Assembly (NCBI GenBank): GCA_038064535.1 | Contig: JBBTSX010000009.1 | Location: 1,603 to 65,602, forward strand | Length of the DNA: 64,000 nucleotides | Direction of reading: 5' to 3' | From: Patescibacteria group bacterium | GTDB taxonomy: Bacteria > Patescibacteriota > Minisyncoccia > Phycocordibacterales > UBA2100 | Shown here: in pieces, positions 18,181 through 25,773 of the stretch | How the letters are laid out: every line of letters starts with the position of its first letter | How positions within the stretch are numbered: the stretch's first letter is position 1 | Notes under the pieces: generated by a model | Databases searched by the model: none | Seen by the model: the letters and a program-made list of their open reading frames with translations, nothing else | What the model was told of the DNA's origin: nothing | Program-made: the position numbers and the translations under genes

Positions 18181-18280
18181 AATGTGTGCGGGACCCGGCT
18201 CTACGGTTACGCGATAGCGAGGGAATTGCGAGGGACTTTCTGAAGTCTCAGCTCACCCTACTTCACCGAACACCTACATG
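18181..18280 (-). ncRNA. Cobalamin riboswitch, compact AdoCbl-variant (Cbl-II) type, with a 25-nt insertion in L4
   Basis: Minus strand GTG-TT-CGG-TGAAGT-AGGGTGA[25 nt]AATTCCCT-C-GCTATCGCGTAAC-CGTAGAGCCGG-GTC-CCG-CAC. This matches the layout GGGAA..GTGAAATTC..GCTG..CAACGGTAAAGTCCG, with the P6 pair swapped (CCG/CGG). Lies upstream of an operon ending in DUF4430 genes. Confidence 0.75.
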
Positions 18281-18295
18281 TTTCAATGGCGACTT

Positions 18296-18317
18296 ACATT
18301 GTTGCATACAACAATGT
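18296..18317. promoter_or_regulatory. Perfect inverted repeat (candidate operator) just upstream of the riboswitch
   Basis: ACATTGTTG-CATA-CAACAATGT. Confidence 0.45.
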
Positions 18318-18455
18318 CGTGTATCACGTGAATGGCGGTGGATAAGGAATCACAGAACGGGCTCAAGATAAGTAAAGTAGTCATGTCCATGAGATAAGCC
18401 AATATTAGTCATCGTTTGAGTTACGAAAGTGTATCTCACGGGGTATAGTGGCTCT

Positions 18456-19781
18456 ATGAAATGGTATGAAGAGCCGTTCAAGGGAAAGAAAATCACCGTG
18501 CTGGGTCTCGGGCTTCTCGGGCGTGGGGTCGGCGATGTCGATTTTTTGGCCAAGTGCGGGGCGGAGGTCCTCGTGACCGACAAGAAAAACGGCAGCGAGC
18601 TCGCGGCGTCGGTGGAAAAATTGAAACAATATTCGAATGTGCAGTTCAAGCTCGGTGGTCACGACCCCGAGGATTTTAAACACTGCGACATGGTGCTCAA
18701 GGCTGCGGGCGTGCGACTGGATTCGCCGGAAGTCGCCGTCGCCCGTGCCGCCGGCGCGCAGGTCGCAATGTCGACTGCGCTATTTGCAAAGTATGCGTCG
18801 GAAGCGGGAGTGAAAATTGTCGGTGTCACCGGCACGCGCGGCAAGTCGACCATCACCCACATGATTTACCATTCTCTAATTCGCACGAATAAGAGAACGG
18901 TTCTGGGAGGGAATGTGCGGGGTCTCTCGACGCTCGCACTTCTTCCGGAAGTAAAAGCGGGCGATATCGCGGTGCTTGAACTGGATTCGTGGCAGCTACA
19001 GGGATTCGGCGAGTTGAAAATGAGTCCGCACATCGCGATTTTTTCCAATCTCATGCCCGACCATCAGAATTACTACAAAAATTTGGACGAGTATTTTGCC
19101 GACAAGGCCAACATTTTCCGCTACCAAAAGCCGAGCGACGTGCTTGTTGTGGGGCAGGGTATTGAGGCGCGGGTTCGCCATGCGAACCCACCCGTTGAGC
19201 CGCTCGTACCGGGTGCGCTACCGGCGGATTGGACGCTACAGGTCCCCGGCGAGCACAACAGACACAATGCGGCGCTCGCCGCCGCCGCGCTTCTTTCGCT
19301 CGGCCTCAATTCAGAACAAATTCGCACCGGCCTTGAATCTTTTGAAGGTGTCGAAGGCCGCCTGCAGCTCGTCAGCGAGAAAAACGGCGTGAAGATTTAC
19401 AACGACAACAACGCGACCACGCCGGAGGCGACTGTCGCAGCACTCAAGGCACTGTCCGGCAATTATCGACTTCGTAAGTCGATAATTTTGATTGGGGGTG
19501 GTTCCGACAAAGGACTTGAGTTGGGTAATCTGGCGGCGGAGATATGCGACTCTTGTAAAGCAGTTGTGCTGTTGTCCGGAACAGGTAGCGAGAAATTGGC
19601 ACCCCTGCTTGATTCACGATTCACGATTCACGATTCTCTTTCATCTGCAGTGCAAAGCGCGCTCAAGCTTGCTGACGCCGGCGATATTGTTCTCTTCAGT
19701 CCCGCATTTGCATCGTTCGGCATGTTCAAAAATGAGTACGAGCGCAACGACCAATTCCTCGCACTCATCGCAAAGCTATGA
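18456..19781 (+). CDS. murD: UDP-N-acetylmuramoyl-L-alanine--D-glutamate ligase
   Basis: GLGLLGRG, GVTGTRGKST, LGGN, LELDSWQL, PDHQNYY, NDNNAT, LFSPAFASFGMFKN. Confidence 0.95.
   Translation: MKWYEEPFKGKKITVLGLGLLGRGVGDVDFLAKCGAEVLVTDKKNGSELAASVEKLKQYSNVQFKLGGHDPEDFKHCDMVLKAAGVRLDSPEVAVARAAGAQVAMSTALFAKYASEAGVKIVGVTGTRGKSTITHMIYHSLIRTNKRTVLGGNVRGLSTLALLPEVKAGDIAVLELDSWQLQGFGELKMSPHIAIFSNLMPDHQNYYKNLDEYFADKANIFRYQKPSDVLVVGQGIEARVRHANPPVEPLVPGALPADWTLQVPGEHNRHNAALAAAALLSLGLNSEQIRTGLESFEGVEGRLQLVSEKNGVKIYNDNNATTPEATVAALKALSGNYRLRKSIILIGGGSDKGLELGNLAAEICDSCKAVVLLSGTGSEKLAPLLDSRFTIHDSLSSAVQSALKLADAGDIVLFSPAFASFGMFKNEYERNDQFLALIAKL
19611..19636 (+). repeat. Heptamer tandem repeat (GATTCAC)x3.7 inside murD
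   Basis: GATTCAC GATTCAC GATTCAC GATTC. Confidence 0.85.
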
Positions 19782-19782
19782 A

Positions 19783-19877
19783 CCCCGTTAGATAACACAT
19801 ATAGTCTTTCAACACTGCCATTATGTTTAGCAAACAAACAAAGTTACAACAAACATCCGGTTCGTTATCTAACGGGG
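19783..19877. mobile_element. 95-bp MITE-like element at the murD/murC junction
   Basis: 14-bp terminal inverted repeats CCCCGTTAGATAAC/GTTATCTAACGGGG, flanked by TGAA direct repeats (19779-19782, 19878-19881). Confidence 0.8.
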
Positions 19878-21199
19878 TGAAGTTACCCGCGCATGTGTAC
19901 ATGGTAGGGGTTGGAGGTATCGGGATGTCCGCGCTTGCCCAGCTACTCAAACATCGTGGACACACAGTAGAAGGTTCTGACCGCGACGAATCCCCGACGA
20001 CGGAACTGCTCGCACACAAGGGCATATCGGTGACCATCGGGCACCTGCCTGCGCCTGCCGGCGCGAATGCAGGCGGGCAGGCTGGCGACCAGTGCAATAT
20101 TCCCGCCGACACGGAATTACTCATTTACAGCGATGCGGTGCCCTCGACCAATCGCGAACGCACGCGGGCGAAAGAGATGGGCATTCCGGAGATGTCGTAT
20201 TTCGAGGCGCTCGGAGAAGTTTCGGCCGGAGTGCAAACTGTTGCCGTTGCCGGCACGCACGGGAAGACCACGACGACCGGCATGCTTGCGGCGATATTGA
20301 AAGCGGCGGGGCGTGCGCCGACCGCAATTGTCGGCTCCATTGTTCAGGATTTTGGCTCCAATTTTCTTGCCGGTCGGGAGGACCTGTTCGTCGTGGAGGC
20401 GTGCGAGTATCGTGACCACATACTGAAGCTCAACCCGGAAATTCTCGTCATCACAAATATCGAACTCGACCACACTGATTATTTTCCGACCCTTGAATCT
20501 CTCATTGAGACGTTCCGCGCTGCGGTACGCAAGGTTCCACGCGAAGGTTTCATTATTACCGACCCGAATGGGGCCAACATTGCTGCGGCGCTTGATGGTG
20601 CGCAGGCCCGCATCATCGATTACACGCAGACCGACGTGCCGCCGCTTTCTCTCATCGGCGAGTTCAATCGTATGAACGCCCGAGCCGCTTCAGCTGCTGC
20701 TAGGGCCGTGTTCCCCGGTATTCCCGAAAGCGCGATACACGACACGCTCACCAATTTCCACGGCTCGTGGCGACGTTTCGAATACAAAGGCGAGACGCCA
20801 AGCGGCGCTTTGGTCTATGACGACTATGCGCATCATCCGACCGCGATGCGCAAGACGATAGAAGCGGCGCGCGAGAAATTCCCCGGCAAGAAAATCGTCG
20901 TCGCGTTCCATCCGCATCTCTACAGCCGTACGAAGTCGCTTCTCAATGAATTTGCCGCAGCACTCGCCAAGGCCGACAAGGCGATAGTCGTTCCCATATA
21001 TGCGGCACGCGAAGCCCCCGACCCCAGCGTCTCCAATCATATTCTCGCCGCGCTCGCGCGCTATCAGGGCGGCGATGTCTCGGCACTCGACGATTTCAGC
21101 GTCATCCGCGATGCGCTTCTCGAAGAAGATAAAAACTCGCTCATCATCACCATGGGTGCGGGAGATATCTACAAGGTCGCCGAACAAATCGCCGATTGA
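19877..21199 (+). CDS. murC: UDP-N-acetylmuramate--L-alanine ligase
   Basis: VGVGGIGMSALA, AGTHGKTTTT, VEACEY, NIELDHTD, DDYAHHP, FHPHLYSRT, TMGAGDI. An alternative in-frame ATG lies at 19823 inside the MITE. Confidence 0.95.
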   Translation: MKLPAHVYMVGVGGIGMSALAQLLKHRGHTVEGSDRDESPTTELLAHKGISVTIGHLPAPAGANAGGQAGDQCNIPADTELLIYSDAVPSTNRERTRAKEMGIPEMSYFEALGEVSAGVQTVAVAGTHGKTTTTGMLAAILKAAGRAPTAIVGSIVQDFGSNFLAGREDLFVVEACEYRDHILKLNPEILVITNIELDHTDYFPTLESLIETFRAAVRKVPREGFIITDPNGANIAAALDGAQARIIDYTQTDVPPLSLIGEFNRMNARAASAAARAVFPGIPESAIHDTLTNFHGSWRRFEYKGETPSGALVYDDYAHHPTAMRKTIEAAREKFPGKKIVVAFHPHLYSRTKSLLNEFAAALAKADKAIVVPIYAAREAPDPSVSNHILAALARYQGGDVSALDDFSVIRDALLEEDKNSLIITMGAGDIYKVAEQIAD

Positions 21200-21226
21200 T
21201 TTTTCATTGAGGTCAAATTGAAATCA

Positions 21227-21280
21227 AAAAGAGAGTACACTATAACAGGCCGACCGGCCTGTTATAGTGTACTTATAAGG
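21227..21280. repeat. Solo copy of the palindromic repeat that flanks the PaaX-like gene at 46977-47546
   Basis: Perfect 19-bp arms AGTACACTATAACAGGCCG-AC-CGGCCTGTTATAGTGTACT (21234-21273); aligns with the reverse complement of 46941-46994. Confidence 0.85.
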
Positions 21281-21364
21281 AGACGGTCTATGGGAGGCGT
21301 TCATAACTCTTTACAGATGCGGCGCCTCGCTTTTTTTATACTCCAGTGATAGCGTCTTCACTAT

Positions 21365-22075
21365 ATGAGCGAAGTTTCGGACTATCCCCACGGCAGACTC
21401 TCTATTGTGGCTACGCCTATCGGCAATCTCGGCGATATGACGTTCCGGGGGCTCTGGACGCTCAAGGAGTGCACGGCTATTTATGCAGAGGATACGCGCG
21501 TGATTTCAAAACTCCTCACACACTACGGACTTCGTACGCCGGTTTTCCGCCTCGATGCGGCGACTGAGACGAAGAAAGCGGGGGAAGTAGTCGAGCGGCT
21601 TGAGCGCGGTGAGCACATTTCATACGTCTCGGACGCGGGTACACCGGGGATTTCCGACCCCGGTGCACGGCTTGTTGCCTATGTCCGTAAGCACCTACCG
21701 GAAGCGACAATAGAGGCGCTACCGGGCCCCTCATCGGTCGCGGCGGCTCTTTCGATTGCAGGAATTTCCGGCGATGCATTTACATTCCTCGGATTCTTGC
21801 CGCACAAAAAGGGCCGGCAGACCGCGCTCAAGAAAATCGCGGCGAGCGAATTTCCTGTCGTGCTTTTCGAATCCCCACACCGCATCATTAAGCTGATGGG
21901 GGAGTTAGAAGTTGCCGCACCGAAATGCAAAGTCACTATTGGGCGGGAACTGACGAAAATGCATGAAGAAGTGGTTGTGGGCTCGCCAAAAGAAGTTGCA
22001 GAAAGTCTTGAAAAAAGAAAAGCCGTCCGCGGCGAATTCGTCGTCATAATTCAGCCACTAGCCACTAGCCACTAG
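21365..22075 (+). CDS. rsmI: 16S rRNA (cytidine1402-2'-O)-methyltransferase
   Basis: VATPIGNLGDMT, AEDTR, SDAGTPGISDPG, FESPHR, RELTKMHEE, RGEFV. Confidence 0.96.
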   Translation: MSEVSDYPHGRLSIVATPIGNLGDMTFRGLWTLKECTAIYAEDTRVISKLLTHYGLRTPVFRLDAATETKKAGEVVERLERGEHISYVSDAGTPGISDPGARLVAYVRKHLPEATIEALPGPSSVAAALSIAGISGDAFTFLGFLPHKKGRQTALKKIAASEFPVVLFESPHRIIKLMGELEVAAPKCKVTIGRELTKMHEEVVVGSPKEVAESLEKRKAVRGEFVVIIQPLATSH

Positions 22076-22140
22076 ACACTTTGGGAATGCTATTGATTTA
22101 TTTCCTATTGGCTATACCCTAATGGCTAAGGACTATTTCT

Positions 22141-22383
22141 ATGACACTCGACGCACTCATTATGCTCTCCGGCGGATTCGTGGCCGTACTGCCGTTCCTC
22201 GGGTTCCCCAACAGTTGGGACAGCGTCTTTTTCTTCCTCGCGGGGGTACTCATCATCGGACTCGGTATCGTGGTGCGCCGCCGCGGTCTCGGCCTTGATG
22301 AAGACAAACGAAGAGAACTGCACGATAGAGAGCAAGACTTCCGCACGCCGCAGACTCCTGATACGACCGAGGGAGGGCTCTAA
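22141..22383 (+). CDS. Small two-TM membrane protein
   Basis: Two hydrophobic helices around LPFLGFP, then a charged tail. Confidence 0.7.
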   Translation: MTLDALIMLSGGFVAVLPFLGFPNSWDSVFFFLAGVLIIGLGIVVRRRGLGLDEDKRRELHDREQDFRTPQTPDTTEGGL

Positions 22384-22424
22384 CGGGAGCTACCACGCTC
22401 TCCGTGAAGCGGTATACTGCTCGT

Positions 22425-24287
22425 ATGCACGCCGATCATAAGGACGATGATCGTCGCATTACCTATTTTGCGGCGACACACACGCGCGGCAAGCGTGAGA
22501 TGTTTGGCATTCGCGCGATAGACCGAGGCAAGCACGTATATGTCATCGGCAAGACCGGCATGGGCAAATCGACCATGCTGGAAAATATGGCCATTCAGGA
22601 CATCCAGAACGGGGAAGGCATCTCGTTCATAGACCCGCACGGCTCGACCGCCGAAAAGCTGCTCGACTTCATCCCGCAGGACCGCATCAAAGACGTCGTC
22701 TACTTTGCACCGTTTGATACGGACCACCCCATCGGTTTCAATGTGATGGAGGACGTGGGCTTCGATAAACGCCACCTCGTCGTCTCCGGTCTCATGGGCG
22801 CACTGCGCCGCATTTGGGTGGACGCGTGGAGCGCGAGAATGGAATATATTTTGCAGAACACTTTGCTCGCACTCCTCGAGTATCCCGGTTCGACACTGCT
22901 CGACGTGAACCGCATGCTCACCAACAAGACATTCAGGAACACCGTCATCGAAAAAATAAGCGACCCCATCGTGAAGTCGTTCTGGACCGAAGAGTTCGCC
23001 GGATTCACCGACACATACACGCGCGAGGCGACGCCGGCCATTCAGAACAAAATCGGCCAATTCACCGCCAATCCGCTCATTCGCAACATCGTGGGGCAGG
23101 CGACCTCGTCGTTCGACCTACGCAAAATAATGGACGAGAAGAAAATATTCATCGTCAATCTCTCCAAGGGCCGCATGGGCGAAACGAATGCGTCGCTCCT
23201 CGGCTCGATGCTTACGGTCAAAATTTACCTCGCTGCGATGTCGCGCGCCGACGAGCCGGCCGCGCGCATGGCGAAATTGCCGCGCCACTATTTCTACGTC
23301 GACGAGTTCCAGTCGATGATGAACGAAGCGTTCGCCGATATTCTCTCCGAGTCACGCAAGTATAAACTCGCGCTCACGCTCGCCAACCAGTACATCGAGC
23401 AGATGGAAGAGGAGGTCCGCGACGCCGTGTTCGGCAACATCGGAACGCTCATCGTGTTTCGCGTCGGCCCGTTTGACGCCGAAGTGCTGGAGACCGTATT
23501 CGACCCCACGTTCACGCCTGAAGACCTTGTGGGCTTAGGCATCGGACAGATATATCTCACACTCATGATTGACGGCGTGGGTTCCCCGCCCTTTTCGGCT
23601 GAAACCATTCCGCCAATCGAAGTGCCCGCCATTTCGTATCGCAACGACGTCATTACAAATTCACGGGAGGCATTCGGCAGAGCACGTGCGGACGTGGAAG
23701 CGGCTATCGGCAAAAAACAGACAGATTTCGTCGCACCGCCGCGCGAAAAGAAAGAGCGTAGCGGCAGCACGTACGGAACGCGTCCGCGCTCGCCTGTCGC
23801 GCCCGCGCACACAGGGCAGGCGGGCGATGAAGCGCCCCGGCCCCTTCCGCCCCGCGCTCCCGATACTGCGTCTGCACTCGCCCGTCCGGAGGCGCGTCCT
23901 CCCGTCCCGCGCGTCGTGAGTGAGGCGGTACAACGCAACACACTCCGTGACGCCATAGAAAAAGCAAAAACCGAGGGCGTCGCAAAATCCTCGGGTGCGC
24001 CGGTTCGTTCACCGGCGGATATTCTCCGCGAAAAGCAGGGTAATCGTTCCGCGCCCAAGCCTCCAGCGCCGCCGCACCATAATCCGAAACACGCTCCGCA
24101 TCAGGCGCCGCGTCCGTCCGAGCAGCGCGACCCCCGCAAAAGCCACGCGCAACCCGTCTCGCCCGATGAGCGAGCGAGTCGAGGCGGGCCTCAGCACGCA
24201 GGAAGCGATTCGCACGACGGGGAAGTGTCCCCGCACGTACTGCAGCAGGTCATCAACGGCTCTAAACGGGACACAGACGACCTATAA
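22425..24287 (+). CDS. VirD4/TraG-like type IV coupling-protein ATPase with a disordered Pro/Arg-rich tail
   Basis: HVYVIGKTGMGKS, IDPHG, YFYVDEFQ, SESRKY, ANQY. Start set at the ATG 6 nt after TATACT. Confidence 0.9.
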   Translation: MHADHKDDDRRITYFAATHTRGKREMFGIRAIDRGKHVYVIGKTGMGKSTMLENMAIQDIQNGEGISFIDPHGSTAEKLLDFIPQDRIKDVVYFAPFDTDHPIGFNVMEDVGFDKRHLVVSGLMGALRRIWVDAWSARMEYILQNTLLALLEYPGSTLLDVNRMLTNKTFRNTVIEKISDPIVKSFWTEEFAGFTDTYTREATPAIQNKIGQFTANPLIRNIVGQATSSFDLRKIMDEKKIFIVNLSKGRMGETNASLLGSMLTVKIYLAAMSRADEPAARMAKLPRHYFYVDEFQSMMNEAFADILSESRKYKLALTLANQYIEQMEEEVRDAVFGNIGTLIVFRVGPFDAEVLETVFDPTFTPEDLVGLGIGQIYLTLMIDGVGSPPFSAETIPPIEVPAISYRNDVITNSREAFGRARADVEAAIGKKQTDFVAPPREKKERSGSTYGTRPRSPVAPAHTGQAGDEAPRPLPPRAPDTASALARPEARPPVPRVVSEAVQRNTLRDAIEKAKTEGVAKSSGAPVRSPADILREKQGNRSAPKPPAPPHHNPKHAPHQAPRPSEQRDPRKSHAQPVSPDERASRGGPQHAGSDSHDGEVSPHVLQQVINGSKRDTDDL

Positions 24288-24354
24288 ACTCGGACTTTAC
24301 AAAATCCACATTATTTCCAACAATTCGGCTCTTTGTGCCAAGTTGTGAGGGATA

Positions 24355-25752
24355 ATGGTCTTCATGAAGACTTGGGTCGGGAGGTCAGGCCTCCTTTTCG
24401 TTTTGTTTTTCATCGTACCGCATGCGGTATCGGCGCAGGTAGCAAACGTTGTCTTTACGAGTGATGCACAAACTGTCCCAACGGATACGGTATCAAGTAC
24501 GCTGACTATTCAAACGCAAGATTCGACGGCCGGAAGCGTTTCGTTGCCGCAAACGGGCTGTCTGCAGTTGGAAACAACTTCCGCGAGCGGACAGTTTTCT
24601 TCGAGCGCGACTGGCTGGAATCCCGTGACGGTTTTGACCATGAACAAGAATACGGCCAATAAGAATTTTTACTACAAAGATGCGGCGGCGGGCACGTATA
24701 CGATAAAAGTCAGCCTTGCGCTGAAGCCGGAGACCGTAAGCGCCTCGTGTACTAACTGGCCGACATCGGGGTGGAATACAGAATGGTCCGCGACACAAAC
24801 CATCACTATTGGCGGCGGGCAAACAAACACAAGTACACAAGCGCAGGCAACATCGACTGATACGTCCGCAGGCACGTCATCGACCAACACAGCTCCGGCG
24901 CCCGCGCCCGTCTCTTCGTATGTCGCGCCGCCGGTACCACAGCTGTTTGCAGACGCGGGCGGTGACCGCACTGTCATCGTGGGCGCCGACACGCAATTCA
25001 ACGGCCGTGCATACAACCGGCAGAAGGAAAATGTCGAGCACGTCCGCTTCCTCTGGAATTTCGGTGACGGCTCCACCGCGGACGGCCCCACTGTCGTACA
25101 TCATTATGCATATCCCGGGCGCTATGCGGTGATGCTCACCATCGCTCAAAATCTTGACGCGGTTTCCGACCGCATCGTTGTGACGGCCGAGCCGGCCAAG
25201 CTCGCCTTTGACGTACCGTCCGACGGGAGTGTCGCCATAGAAAATCACGCGGGACGCGACCTCGACCTTTCGGGCTGGATAGTCCGTTCGACCGGTCAGC
25301 TATTCACCTTGCCGGAAGGTTCGGTCATTCTCAGCAATGAAACGATGCGCATCCCGCAGAAGACGCTGAAGTTCTGGAGCGGGACGCAAACGGAACTCGA
25401 TTACCCGAACGGCGTCGTCGTTCTGAGAGCAAATGAAAGTTCGGGAATGGTGGTTCCCGCTCCGGTTTCAGCTCCCTCGCCATCGCCGGTGCCATCCGTC
25501 GCTCCTGTCGCGCGTGCGCAAGCCGCTCCTAGCGGGAAGCCGGCGCAGGAAGACCTTCCTGAGGAAATTACTGCCGAAACCGCGCCGACTGCTTCACCGG
25601 AGGGGCAAACCGCGGCCGCGGCTGCTGCAGTTTCGTCAAACGGCATGTACTGGTGGTTGGGCGCACTCGCGCTCTCTGCACTTGCGGGAGGGGCTGTGTT
25701 TGTCGTCCGCCGCATCAAGGCGGGCGAGTGGGATATCGTTGAGGAAACATAA
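24355..25752 (+). CDS. Cell-surface protein with PKD and lamin-tail-like domains
   Basis: Signal peptide; WNFGDG...HHYAYPGRY (PKD); IENHAGRDLDLSGW (LTD-like); C-terminal TM. Confidence 0.8.
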   Translation: MVFMKTWVGRSGLLFVLFFIVPHAVSAQVANVVFTSDAQTVPTDTVSSTLTIQTQDSTAGSVSLPQTGCLQLETTSASGQFSSSATGWNPVTVLTMNKNTANKNFYYKDAAAGTYTIKVSLALKPETVSASCTNWPTSGWNTEWSATQTITIGGGQTNTSTQAQATSTDTSAGTSSTNTAPAPAPVSSYVAPPVPQLFADAGGDRTVIVGADTQFNGRAYNRQKENVEHVRFLWNFGDGSTADGPTVVHHYAYPGRYAVMLTIAQNLDAVSDRIVVTAEPAKLAFDVPSDGSVAIENHAGRDLDLSGWIVRSTGQLFTLPEGSVILSNETMRIPQKTLKFWSGTQTELDYPNGVVVLRANESSGMVVPAPVSAPSPSPVPSVAPVARAQAAPSGKPAQEDLPEEITAETAPTASPEGQTAAAAAAVSSNGMYWWLGALALSALAGGAVFVVRRIKAGEWDIVEET

Positions 25753-25773
25753 GAAGCGGGGTAGTCTTCCTCT

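Noticed and set aside
13119-24287. Conjugative element or ICE implied by two VirD4-like genes
   Set aside because: No relaxase, integrase, VirB4 or att sites are visible, and housekeeping genes (murD, murC, rsmI) lie between them.
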